57,759 nt of DNA from Candidatus Eiseniibacteriota bacterium (GTDB taxonomy: Bacteria > Eisenbacteria > RBG-16-71-46). A program made the translations under genes and the position numbers. Under the pieces are notes generated by a model. It searched no databases. It worked only from the letters and a program-made list of their open reading frames with translations, and had not been told where the DNA came from. Within the stretch, counting starts at the first letter, position 1. Every line of letters begins with the position of its first letter. Shown here piece by piece: positions 44,255 through 52,577 of this stretch. The stretch spans positions 1 through 57,759 of the forward strand of contig JANLWK010000222.1 in NCBI GenBank assembly GCA_031364505.1. Direction: 5' to 3'.

Positions 44255-44848
44255 ATGTCGAGCGGCTGGAATCACAACTCGCACTACCACGACGTGCTGC
44301 TGCGCGCCGTTCCGCGACCGTGTGGTCGCGCGCTGGACGTCGGCTGTGGGCAAGGCGATTTCGCCCGCCGGCTCGCGGTCGTCGCGGATCGCGTGGACGC
44401 GATCGATCGCGATGCGGCGATGATCGCGGCCGTGCGCCAGCGCTGCGCGGATCTGCCGAACGTGCATGTCGTGCAGGCCGACTTCCTGCGCTGGGGCGAC
44501 GCGGGTGCGTACGACTACGTGTCGATGATCGCCACCCTGCACCACATGCCCATGCGCGAGGCGTTGACGCACGCGGCGGACCTGCTGCGGCCCGGCGGGC
44601 GGCTCGCGCTGCTCGGACTGTATCGCGTCGCGTCCATCACGGATCTCGCGTCGTGTGCGGTCGCCTATCCCGTGAGCTGGTTCCACCGCGCAACGCGGGT
44701 CACGGCGGGCGATGCCGCACCGATCCAGGCGCCCGCGATGACGTTCGCGGAGATCCGTGGCGAGGTGGCGACGGTGCTGCCCGACGCCACGAGCCGCCTG
44801 CACCTGCTGTGGCGCTACTCGCTCATCTGGACGAAGCCCGCCGGCTGA
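44255..44848 (+). CDS. class I SAM-dependent methyltransferase
   Basis: Motif I ALDVGCGQGDF; post-I DAIDRD; motif III LRPGGRLAL. Confidence 0.85.
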   Translation: MSSGWNHNSHYHDVLLRAVPRPCGRALDVGCGQGDFARRLAVVADRVDAIDRDAAMIAAVRQRCADLPNVHVVQADFLRWGDAGAYDYVSMIATLHHMPMREALTHAADLLRPGGRLALLGLYRVASITDLASCAVAYPVSWFHRATRVTAGDAAPIQAPAMTFAEIRGEVATVLPDATSRLHLLWRYSLIWTKPAG

Positions 44849-44851
44849 CGC

Positions 44852-46336
44852 TCAGCGCACCGATGGATGCGTCGCCGTCGAGTCGGTGCCGTCGAGCGGG
44901 ACGAACCGCAGCGCGGGGTAGGTGATCGTCCGGCCGGACACGTCCTGTCCGCGCAGGAAGTCCTTGATCACCGGGACGGCGGTGTCGTTCTGGAACAGCG
45001 TCTGTTCGTGGCCCGCGTTCGCGACGACGAGGTGCGTCGCGTTGGGCATGCCCCACGCTAGCTCGTCACCCTGGCTGGGCGGTGTGTTGAAGTCGAGGTC
45101 GCCGCTGACGATCAGCGTGCGCACCGGTGACACGAGCGGGGCGCGAAACGCATCGCCGAGGTCGGGCACCGGCCATCGGTCGCCGGCGGGGAACGGGAAG
45201 TTGACGACGTCAGCGAACCGGCTCGTACGCGCCTGGTCCTCGATCAGCGCGAGCCGGCCCGCGGTCGTCCCCGAGGCGACGTCCATGGATTCGGCCATGC
45301 CGTGCGTGCCGTATGGATTGCGTGCCCGCTTGCGCATGAACCACGCGAGCACGGACGGATCCCCGTGGTCGAGGCTCCACAGCAGGCGCGGGAACACGAC
45401 GAGGTCCGTCGCGTCGCCCACGTCGAAGCGCATGATCATGCGCAGCCCAAAGCCGCCGACCGGGATGCGCAGCGTGTCGCGGCCGCTCGGGGCCGGGACC
45501 GTGAAGACCATCGGGTCGCGATCCAGCCGCGCCACGACGCGATCGAACAGTGCCACGAGATCGGGTACGCGCGCGCCGATGCGCGGGTCGGCGGCCGCCA
45601 GCAGCCCGAGCCTGCGGAGCTGGGTGTCCATCAGCCAGGGCAGCTTCTGCGTCTGGTCCGGCCCTTCGACGCCGCACAGCACCGCGCTCTCGATGCGATC
45701 GCCGTAGCGCCGCAATGTGGCGCACGCCAGGTGTGTTCCGTACGAGAACGCCAGCAGCGAGACGCGCTCGACGCCGAGGGCGGCACGCAGAGCATCGAGA
45801 TCGGTGGCGCTCTCGACACTGTTGTAACCGGCCAGATCGACACCGCGCGCGCGGAATGACGTCAGTGCCCGGCGTCGCGACTCCGCTTCGTGTGCCCTCG
45901 CCGAGTCGGCGCTGAGGAAGAAGAAGCGCGCAGGGGGGCCGTCCCAATCCCAGGTCAACACGGAGTCGTTCGTGCCGCGCTGGTCGATCAGGACCACGTC
46001 CGAGACCTCGAGGAACGGCACCCAGAAATCGAGTGCGTGTGGGTCCTCGGTTACGGCGGTGCTGCCGGGGCCGCCATTCAGGAAGAACAACGGTGCGCGC
46101 GGCGCCGCCGCCGTGGACTTGAGGCGCAGGAAGCCGACGGCGATCGAGCGCGAGCGCGGCTTCGAGCGATTCTCGGGCACCATGAGCCGTCCGGACTCGG
46201 CCTCGATCCGGATGCCCGCATGCGACACCAGCATCTTGTGCTCGAGGGCGAGCGGGTCGGTGGCCGGGACCGCGATCCGCGTGGCCAACGCGATGAACAG
46301 GACGCCGGCGAGCCATGCCACGCGCGCGGGCGTCAT
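44852..46336 (-). CDS. secreted alpha/beta hydrolase (S33 prolyl/tripeptidyl aminopeptidase-like)
   Basis: ATG 46336 overlaps the TetR stop (ATGA). NGGPGS oxyanion motif. Nucleophile AFSYGT. C-terminal GHE. Confidence 0.8.
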   Translation of the reverse strand: MTPARVAWLAGVLFIALATRIAVPATDPLALEHKMLVSHAGIRIEAESGRLMVPENRSKPRSRSIAVGFLRLKSTAAAPRAPLFFLNGGPGSTAVTEDPHALDFWVPFLEVSDVVLIDQRGTNDSVLTWDWDGPPARFFFLSADSARAHEAESRRRALTSFRARGVDLAGYNSVESATDLDALRAALGVERVSLLAFSYGTHLACATLRRYGDRIESAVLCGVEGPDQTQKLPWLMDTQLRRLGLLAAADPRIGARVPDLVALFDRVVARLDRDPMVFTVPAPSGRDTLRIPVGGFGLRMIMRFDVGDATDLVVFPRLLWSLDHGDPSVLAWFMRKRARNPYGTHGMAESMDVASGTTAGRLALIEDQARTSRFADVVNFPFPAGDRWPVPDLGDAFRAPLVSPVRTLIVSGDLDFNTPPSQGDELAWGMPNATHLVVANAGHEQTLFQNDTAVPVIKDFLRGQDVSGRTITYPALRFVPLDGTDSTATHPSVR

Positions 46337-47022
46337 CGGGAGGTCCGCGTCGTTAGGTAGGCGTACAACGTCCGCACCAGCTCCGCGCGCAACGTCGCGC
46401 GGGTCATCGGTGTCACGCGCGAATGCGGGGCCTCGCCGAACAGCAGCTTCTCGCGGGCCACGGCGCACACGAGGTAGACGCCGAACCGGATCGCCGCCTC
46501 GGCGTCATCGTGGGTGATGCGCCGCCGGTGACGGATCAGCGCCTGTACCGCGTGGTCGAACACGCGTCGCCTCCGCCGCACGAGATCGTCCGGCAGCGCC
46601 TCCGGGCGCATGCGCGTGAACAGCGCCAGCGCGCGGATCAGCCAGCGGCGCTCCGTGTACTGGGCGATCAGCACGTCCACGAGCGCGGCGCTGGCGGCGC
46701 CGAGATCGAGTGAATCCCAGTCGACGCGCCCGAGCCGGGCGGCGAACCGCGGCTCCAGGTCCTCGTGATAGCGCTGATACAGGAAGGGAAGCAGCGCCTC
46801 CTTGCTCGCGAAGCGCGCGTAGAAGGAGCCGGTGGGCCGGCCCGCCATCCGCACGATGTCCTGGATCGAGATCTCCTCGAATGGGCGCGTACGCAGCAGC
46901 GCCTCAGTCGCGGCGGCGAAGCGCTCGGCCGTCTCGTGGCCCCGGCGTTGGATGGGGGCCGTGCGGCTCCAGCGTGACGGCGTGGAGGATGAGTGAGGGC
47001 GTGTGGCTGCGGGCGTCGACAT
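46333..47022 (-). CDS. TetR/AcrR-family transcriptional regulator
   Basis: HTH ISIQDIVRMAGRPTGSFYARFASKEALL. The start ATG abuts the palindrome 47022-47044. Confidence 0.85.
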   Translation of the reverse strand: MSTPAATRPHSSSTPSRWSRTAPIQRRGHETAERFAAATEALLRTRPFEEISIQDIVRMAGRPTGSFYARFASKEALLPFLYQRYHEDLEPRFAARLGRVDWDSLDLGAASAALVDVLIAQYTERRWLIRALALFTRMRPEALPDDLVRRRRRVFDHAVQALIRHRRRITHDDAEAAIRFGVYLVCAVAREKLLFGEAPHSRVTPMTRATLRAELVRTLYAYLTTRTSR

Positions 47023-47044
47023 AAATAGAACGATGTTCTATTTA
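47022..47044. promoter_or_regulatory. TetR-type operator candidate
   Basis: TAAATAGAAC-gat-GTTCTATTTA: perfect 10-bp inverted repeat arms in the only AT-rich patch of this region, directly upstream of the TetR gene. Confidence 0.6.
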
Positions 47045-47082
47045 GTGACTGTCGTCAAGGCCGCCGCGCTCCGGCCCTCCGG

Positions 47083-48558
47083 CTATGGGGTTCGGGGCCC
47101 GCGGCTCGTGACCCGTACGACCAGCGCCTGGAATCGCGGCTCCCCGCGGAGCGGCTCGAGATCGGTGTCAACCGCCATGCCGTTGCCGACGGTGCCGCCT
47201 TCGCCGATCGCGGTCTCGAGCGCACGGAGCGCATCCTGCTTGCGGCCCAGCCGCGCGTACCCGCATGCGAGGTTGTAGGACGCCACGCCGCGTGTCGAGG
47301 GGCCGGGAGGGATGCCGGCTTCGAACGCCTGCTCGTAGCGGCGCACGGCGGCCTCGTTGCGGTTGAGCGCCAGCTCGGCGAACGCGAGCTGGCCGAAATG
47401 GAGGCTCATGTTCCAGCCCTGGCCGATGGCGCGCTCGAGCAGCCGCGCTCCCTCGGCGTAGCGTTGCTGGCCGACCAGCGCGCTGCCGTAGTGCGCGATC
47501 ACGGCGACATTCGTGCTGTCCGTCCGGTAGACGCGCTCGAGTGCCGCCATCGCCTCGGGGAACCGGCGCAGGTCCTGGAGCACGCGTGCGTAGCTCATCA
47601 GCGCTTCGGGGTCGTCGGGATGCGTCTCGAGCCACGGCCCGAGCAGCGCGGCCGCGCGCGGTGAATCGTTGCCGTAGAGGGCGGCCATCAGTTCCCGTTC
47701 GTCGGAATGCGCCCACGCGGGTTGCGGCACCGGCTGCAGGTGCGAGCGCCAGAAACCGATCGTGCGCTGCACGATCCGGCGCGCGTCGTCGTTGTCGGCG
47801 AACGCGTCGAATGCGTGCGGCATGCCGGCGGCGAATTCCAGCGTCCACGGCGCGCCCGTCGCGATCACGCGATGCCACAGCGAGTCGAGCGGCGCCCCCA
47901 TGCGCGGCGCGTCGCTGGCGGCGACGACGAACAGCACCGGCAGGTCGCGACGGAGTGAGTCCGTCGGCGGGCCGCCGTAGTAGAGCACCGCGGCCTTGAT
48001 GCTCTTCGGCGCGTCGGCCGCGAGCAGGAATTGCGTGGCGCCCGTCACGTTGGCGGATGCCGCGTAGACACCGACGCGCGTCCCATCGATGCCCGGCGGC
48101 GCGTCGCGAGACTCGAGGAACGCGAACAGCCGCCTCAGCGAGCCCGGGATGTCCGCCGAGTCCGCTTGCATCGAGACGCCCGCGAATCCCTGCGTCGCCA
48201 TGAGCCGCGGCCACGTCCGGTAGATGCCCCAGTCCTTGAGCGAGTCGTTCCGCCGGTCGCCGATGGTGTTGAGGAACACGACGACCGGCAGCCGCTCACC
48301 CTTCGCGAGCTTCGGCGGCAGGTACACATCGATCGCCCGCGAATGTGTCGCATCCTTCCAATACGGCACGTTCGCAAGGAGCCGCACGTCCCTCGTCGCG
48401 GGGACGTCGTAGACGACGCCCCAACGCGTCGGATTCAGGCGGTCGGCGCGCGCCTGGGCGTGCGCGACGGGAGGGGCAGGCGTGAGGACGAGGGCGGCGA
48501 AAACGAAGGCGAGCGCGAAGCGACTCGCCGGGCGGCGTGAACGCGGAAGTGGATTCAT
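47083..48558 (-). CDS. secreted alpha/beta-hydrolase-fold (dienelactone hydrolase-like) protein fused to C-terminal TPR repeats
   Basis: ATG 48558 (MNPLPRSRRPASRFALAFVFAALVL...AHA signal). The N-terminal 280 aa look hydrolase-like (LPVVVFLN...GVYAASAN...PHAFD). The C-terminal 200 aa form TPR repeats. Confidence 0.75.
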   Translation of the reverse strand: MNPLPRSRRPASRFALAFVFAALVLTPAPPVAHAQARADRLNPTRWGVVYDVPATRDVRLLANVPYWKDATHSRAIDVYLPPKLAKGERLPVVVFLNTIGDRRNDSLKDWGIYRTWPRLMATQGFAGVSMQADSADIPGSLRRLFAFLESRDAPPGIDGTRVGVYAASANVTGATQFLLAADAPKSIKAAVLYYGGPPTDSLRRDLPVLFVVAASDAPRMGAPLDSLWHRVIATGAPWTLEFAAGMPHAFDAFADNDDARRIVQRTIGFWRSHLQPVPQPAWAHSDERELMAALYGNDSPRAAALLGPWLETHPDDPEALMSYARVLQDLRRFPEAMAALERVYRTDSTNVAVIAHYGSALVGQQRYAEGARLLERAIGQGWNMSLHFGQLAFAELALNRNEAAVRRYEQAFEAGIPPGPSTRGVASYNLACGYARLGRKQDALRALETAIGEGGTVGNGMAVDTDLEPLRGEPRFQALVVRVTSRGPRTP

Positions 48559-48719
48559 GTCCCGACTGTGAAAACGCCGGCGACTGCCGTCAATGCCCCT
48601 GACACGAGCGGGCGGATTGTTCACACCAGCGTCGTAACTGCAGGGATCAGTGGCATCAACGGCCGCATCGCTGCCGCCCCACATTGCACGCCAAAGTGCC
48701 CGGGAGCATCATCGAAGGG

Positions 48720-50111
48720 ATGCATCCAGAATATCGCTGGATCACCGTGGAAGCCGGCCGGCACCAGTTCCTGCGCCCCGTGTTTTCGTCGCTGGGCGCA
48801 TCGTCCATCCGGATCCTGGTCGAGGATGTCGACCCGGCCGTGCCGTTCGATCGTTCGCAGTGCGGCGGCCTCGTGCTGGCGGTCGGCGAGTGCCAGGGGC
48901 GCGCGGTCGCGGTCGCGTGGAGCGACTTCCGCGTGGACGGCGGTTGCTACAACCACGCGAACGCCTCACGCTTCACCGCCTTCCTCCGCGAGCTGGGGAA
49001 CGACGCCGGCGGTGGACCTCCGCTCTTCTACGTCGTGAACTCTGCCGGCGTCAGCCTGGTCCAGGGACGCACACTGTTCGCCGACGCGTTCCGGCTGTGG
49101 CCCGAGCTGCTCGCGTACTCGCGCGAGCACGTCGTCGTGACGTGCGCGGTCGGCAAGTGCCTCGGACTGGCGACCCTGTTGTTCGGGCTCGGCCACTACC
49201 GCATGGCGGTCATGGGTCGCACGCACATCAACCTCACGGGCCCCGAGGTCCTGGAGCTGTTCTTCGGCGATCGCGTGGACTTCGCGCGCCAGGCCGCGGC
49301 GGAGTCGTCGTACGACCGGAACGATCTCGTGCACGAGCTGGTGCCGTCGGTCGAGGTGGCGTTCGAGCGGTGGAAGGGGTTGCTCGGCCTCGGGCACGAG
49401 TCCACGCCCGTCACCACGGAGCAGGATCCCGTGACGATCGAATTCCTCGGCGCCTTCCTCGATCCGGGGCCACAGGAGCTGGTGCCCGGCTGGTGTTCGA
49501 CGCTGCGGCTGTTCCTGGGTGCGAGGCGGGGCCGGCCGATCGGGATCTTCATCAACCCGCTGCGCCGCCCCGAAAACCTCATCACCGTGCGCACGCTCGA
49601 CAAGTACGCGGCGGGGCTCGACCTGTTCCGGGCGCTGCGTGTCCCGATCGTGAGCGTCCTCGACTCTCCGGGCGTGGATCCGCGCTTCGAGCAGAGCGAC
49701 GCCAACAACATCCGCCGGATGCTCGCGGTGGGCGAGAAGATCATCACGTACCCGCACCCGTTCATGGGAGTGATCGCGGGGCGTTGCTTCGGCGGCGCGT
49801 CCACGCTCTCGATGCCCAAGATCTTCGGCGGCCGCCGATCGCTGGCGCTGCGCGGCAGCACGTTCGGCGTGATGCAGAGCAGCATCATCGACCGGGTGTT
49901 GCAGCAGAGCCCGCGGTTGCGCGAGCTGTGGCGGGCGTCGGAGGCGGAGCAGGTGCCCGGGCTCGAGGATCTCCTGGGGTCGGGCATGCTGGACGCGGTG
50001 ATCGATCTCCACGAGCTGCCCGACGAGATCGATCGCCTGCTGACCGAGGCCGCGGCGTCCGCTTCGCGGCGTGACGGCGCTCCACGCGTGGCCACGAGCG
50101 GTCCACGATGA
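48720..50111 (+). CDS. carboxyltransferase-domain protein (both CT sub-domains fused; acyl-CoA carboxylase CT / decarboxylase-like)
   Basis: N-terminal half: ...AWSDFRVDGGCYNHANASRF...VVNSAGVSLVQG...TGPEV. C-terminal half: RPIGIFINP...LDKYAAGLDLFRALRVPIVSVLDSPGVDP...GRCFGGAS. Start is ATG 48720, or TTG 48684 as the alternative. Confidence 0.75.
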   Translation: MHPEYRWITVEAGRHQFLRPVFSSLGASSIRILVEDVDPAVPFDRSQCGGLVLAVGECQGRAVAVAWSDFRVDGGCYNHANASRFTAFLRELGNDAGGGPPLFYVVNSAGVSLVQGRTLFADAFRLWPELLAYSREHVVVTCAVGKCLGLATLLFGLGHYRMAVMGRTHINLTGPEVLELFFGDRVDFARQAAAESSYDRNDLVHELVPSVEVAFERWKGLLGLGHESTPVTTEQDPVTIEFLGAFLDPGPQELVPGWCSTLRLFLGARRGRPIGIFINPLRRPENLITVRTLDKYAAGLDLFRALRVPIVSVLDSPGVDPRFEQSDANNIRRMLAVGEKIITYPHPFMGVIAGRCFGGASTLSMPKIFGGRRSLALRGSTFGVMQSSIIDRVLQQSPRLRELWRASEAEQVPGLEDLLGSGMLDAVIDLHELPDEIDRLLTEAAASASRRDGAPRVATSGPR

Positions 50112-51100
50112 GAGCCGCGATCGCGGGGACCGGCTTCTACGTCCCGGGCCCGCCGATCACGAACGCCGAACTGATCGAGCGCTACCGGCTCCGGATCAGG
50201 CCGTCGTTCGCGACGCGGAGCATCGGAGTCGAGACGCGCCACTTCGCAGGACCAGGGCAGGCCACGAGCGACCTGGCCGCCGAAGCCGCGGCGCGCGCGC
50301 TCGATGCGAGCGGGGTTCCCGGCACGTCGATCCGCCGCATCATCCTCGCCACGGTCTCCGGCGACTACCCGACGCCGGCGACGGCGTGCGTCGTCCAGCG
50401 CAAGCTGGGACTTCGAGGATGCGCCGCCATCGACCTCGTCGGCGCCTGTTCCGGCTTCCTGCAGGCGCTCGATCTCGGCGCCCGGTGCGTCGCGACGGGA
50501 GAGGGCCCGGTCCTCGTGATCGGGGCCGACGTGCGTTCGCGCCAGCTGAATGTGACCGACCTGCGCACGCTGTTCCTGTACGGCGACGGGGCCGGTGCGG
50601 TCGTCCTCGTGCCGTCGCGGGGCGACGAGGGGCTGCATCACTCGATCCTGTTCGCCGACGGCGCGGGTGCGGAGGCCGTGTACATCCCGGCGGGCGGCTC
50701 GCGCGAACCGCTCACCGCCGACGGAATCGCGCGACATCGTGGCACCATCACGATGCCCGATGGACCGCTCGTCGCCGATGCCGCGCGGGCGGGGTTCCGC
50801 GCGCTGACGAATCGGCTGGTCGCCGAAACGGGCGTGACGCTCGGCGAGATCGGGTGCTTCTGCATGCACCAGCCCAACCTGTTCCTGCTGCGTCGCGTCC
50901 TCGAGGACCTCGGCATCCCCGAAACCAAATCCTGGATCAACTTCCCGCGCTACGCGAACACGACGTCGGCCTCGGTCGCGATCGCGCTGGCCGAAGCGGC
51001 GCACGCGGGGCACATCGCACCGGGCAGCTGGCTCTGCCTGGGCGCGGTCGGTGCGGGATTCGCGGGCGCGATCCAACTCATTCGCTGGGGGAAACCCTGA
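50108..51100 (+). CDS. KASIII (FabH-like 3-oxoacyl synthase III / thiolase-fold condensing enzyme)
   Basis: ATGA overlap with the upstream stop. Cys (VGACSGF), His (CMHQPN), Asn (YANTTSAS). 330 aa. Confidence 0.88.
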   Translation: MRAAIAGTGFYVPGPPITNAELIERYRLRIRPSFATRSIGVETRHFAGPGQATSDLAAEAAARALDASGVPGTSIRRIILATVSGDYPTPATACVVQRKLGLRGCAAIDLVGACSGFLQALDLGARCVATGEGPVLVIGADVRSRQLNVTDLRTLFLYGDGAGAVVLVPSRGDEGLHHSILFADGAGAEAVYIPAGGSREPLTADGIARHRGTITMPDGPLVADAARAGFRALTNRLVAETGVTLGEIGCFCMHQPNLFLLRRVLEDLGIPETKSWINFPRYANTTSASVAIALAEAAHAGHIAPGSWLCLGAVGAGFAGAIQLIRWGKP

Positions 51101-51105
51101 TCCTC

Positions 51106-51801
51106 GTGACGGGGGCGAGCCGCGGGATCGGCTACGCGTGTGCCCGGGCGCTGCTCGAGCGCACGGACGCGAACATCATGCTGACGGGGCGCGACCCGGA
51201 ACGACTGTGCGCCGCGCGTGAAGCACTGCCGCCGGAACAGCGGGAGCGCGTGCTCACTCGCGCCCGCGACCAGGCGAATCCCCGCGCGGTCGACGCGCTG
51301 ATCGCGGAACTGTCCGCGCCCGGCCTGTCGGTGGAAGGTGCCATCCTCACCGTGGGCGAGAACCCGCTCTATGAGGAGGGGCCGCGCCGCCTGCACGCGC
51401 TGGACGCCGGCACGATCGAGACGACGGTGCGCACGAACTGCACGGAGTTGTTGAGGTTGTCCGCCGCGCTACTCGGCCGGTTCCGCGAGCAGCGCTCGGG
51501 TGTGCTGATCTGGATCGGCTCCCAGGCGGCGCGCTACGGCATTCCGGGTGCCGCCCTCTACGGGGCGACGAAGGCATTCCTGTCCGGGCTCGCGTGCGCC
51601 GCGGATCACGAGTACGCCGGCCGCGGCGTTCGCGTGCACCTGCTGCACCCCGGCGTCGTGCGCACGCCGCGGACGCACGATGTCGCCGACGCGTTCGCCG
51701 CGCGCCACGGGCTCGTCGTGGCCGAGGCGCCCGACGTGGCGCGCCGCGTCGTGGACGTGTTCCTCACCGGCACCCCCGCGGGCGTGGAGCAGGACATATG
51801 A
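51106..51801 (+). CDS. short-chain dehydrogenase/reductase (SDR)
   Basis: TGASRGIG cofactor motif; YGATK catalytic motif. GTG 51106 is the nearest canonical in-frame start upstream of the cofactor motif, but it cuts the beta1 strand. An in-frame CTG at 51097 (CTGA overlap with the KASIII stop) would give MILVTGASRGIG. Confidence 0.8.
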   Translation: MTGASRGIGYACARALLERTDANIMLTGRDPERLCAAREALPPEQRERVLTRARDQANPRAVDALIAELSAPGLSVEGAILTVGENPLYEEGPRRLHALDAGTIETTVRTNCTELLRLSAALLGRFREQRSGVLIWIGSQAARYGIPGAALYGATKAFLSGLACAADHEYAGRGVRVHLLHPGVVRTPRTHDVADAFAARHGLVVAEAPDVARRVVDVFLTGTPAGVEQDI

Positions 51802-52577
51802 TCGCCCTCGACGTGTTGTGGTGGGTCGGCTGGATGTACTTCACGGCGTGGGTCGCGCTGCCGCTCGCGCTGAGCCTCGTCGCGGGCCCCGTGATCGGCG
51901 GCCTCGCCTGGGCCCTGCTCGCCCCCTGGTCCGCGCTGGCCGGGATGGCGCTCGCGCACCGGCTGCTGCCTTCGCCCGCCGCCGGAACGTTCCGCATGTT
52001 CTCCGACCGCGACAGCATCCGCTGGGCGCTCAAGGGCTGGCCGCCCGCGGTGTACCTCGCGGTATTCCAGCCCGTGTTCTTCCTGAGCCCCGCCTTCCAG
52101 CGCGTGGTCCTGCGCGCGTTCGGCGCGCGGCTCGGGTCCGGCGCGCAGGTGACCACGCGCACCAGCGTGCGCGAACCCCACCTGCTCGAGCTGGGCCGCG
52201 ATTGTATGGTGGGCGAGTTCGTCCACCTCGTGTGCTCGTACCAGCCGAAGCCGCGCACGCTGGTGGTGGGACGAATACGCATCGGCGACGAGGCGATGAT
52301 CGGCGCCTACGGCGTGCTGGGCGCCGGCTGCCGCGTCGGCGCGCGGAGCATCCTGGAATTCCGCGTGGCCCTCGGCGCCGACGCCTCGATCGGCGAGGAC
52401 GCGCGAATCGGCTCCGGGACGACCATCTACAATCGCGCGCGCATCGGCAACGGTGTCCGCATCGGCAAGCAATGCTCGATCGCGATCGGCGCGGTGGTCC
52501 CCGACGGCGCGCGGCTGCCCGACGGTACCGTGTGGCCGGCAGGCCCCGACGCATCGGGTGGGGTGGGGACGACGTGA
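51798..52577 (+). CDS. membrane-anchored hexapeptide-repeat (LbH) acyl/acetyltransferase
   Basis: ATGA overlap. Two to three N-terminal TM helices. Then tandem [LIV]-G-x4 hexapeptides (IGDEAMIGAYGVLGAGCRVGARSIL...IGEDARIGSGTTI...IGNGVRIGKQCSI). Confidence 0.8.
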   Translation: MIALDVLWWVGWMYFTAWVALPLALSLVAGPVIGGLAWALLAPWSALAGMALAHRLLPSPAAGTFRMFSDRDSIRWALKGWPPAVYLAVFQPVFFLSPAFQRVVLRAFGARLGSGAQVTTRTSVREPHLLELGRDCMVGEFVHLVCSYQPKPRTLVVGRIRIGDEAMIGAYGVLGAGCRVGARSILEFRVALGADASIGEDARIGSGTTIYNRARIGNGVRIGKQCSIAIGAVVPDGARLPDGTVWPAGPDASGGVGTT

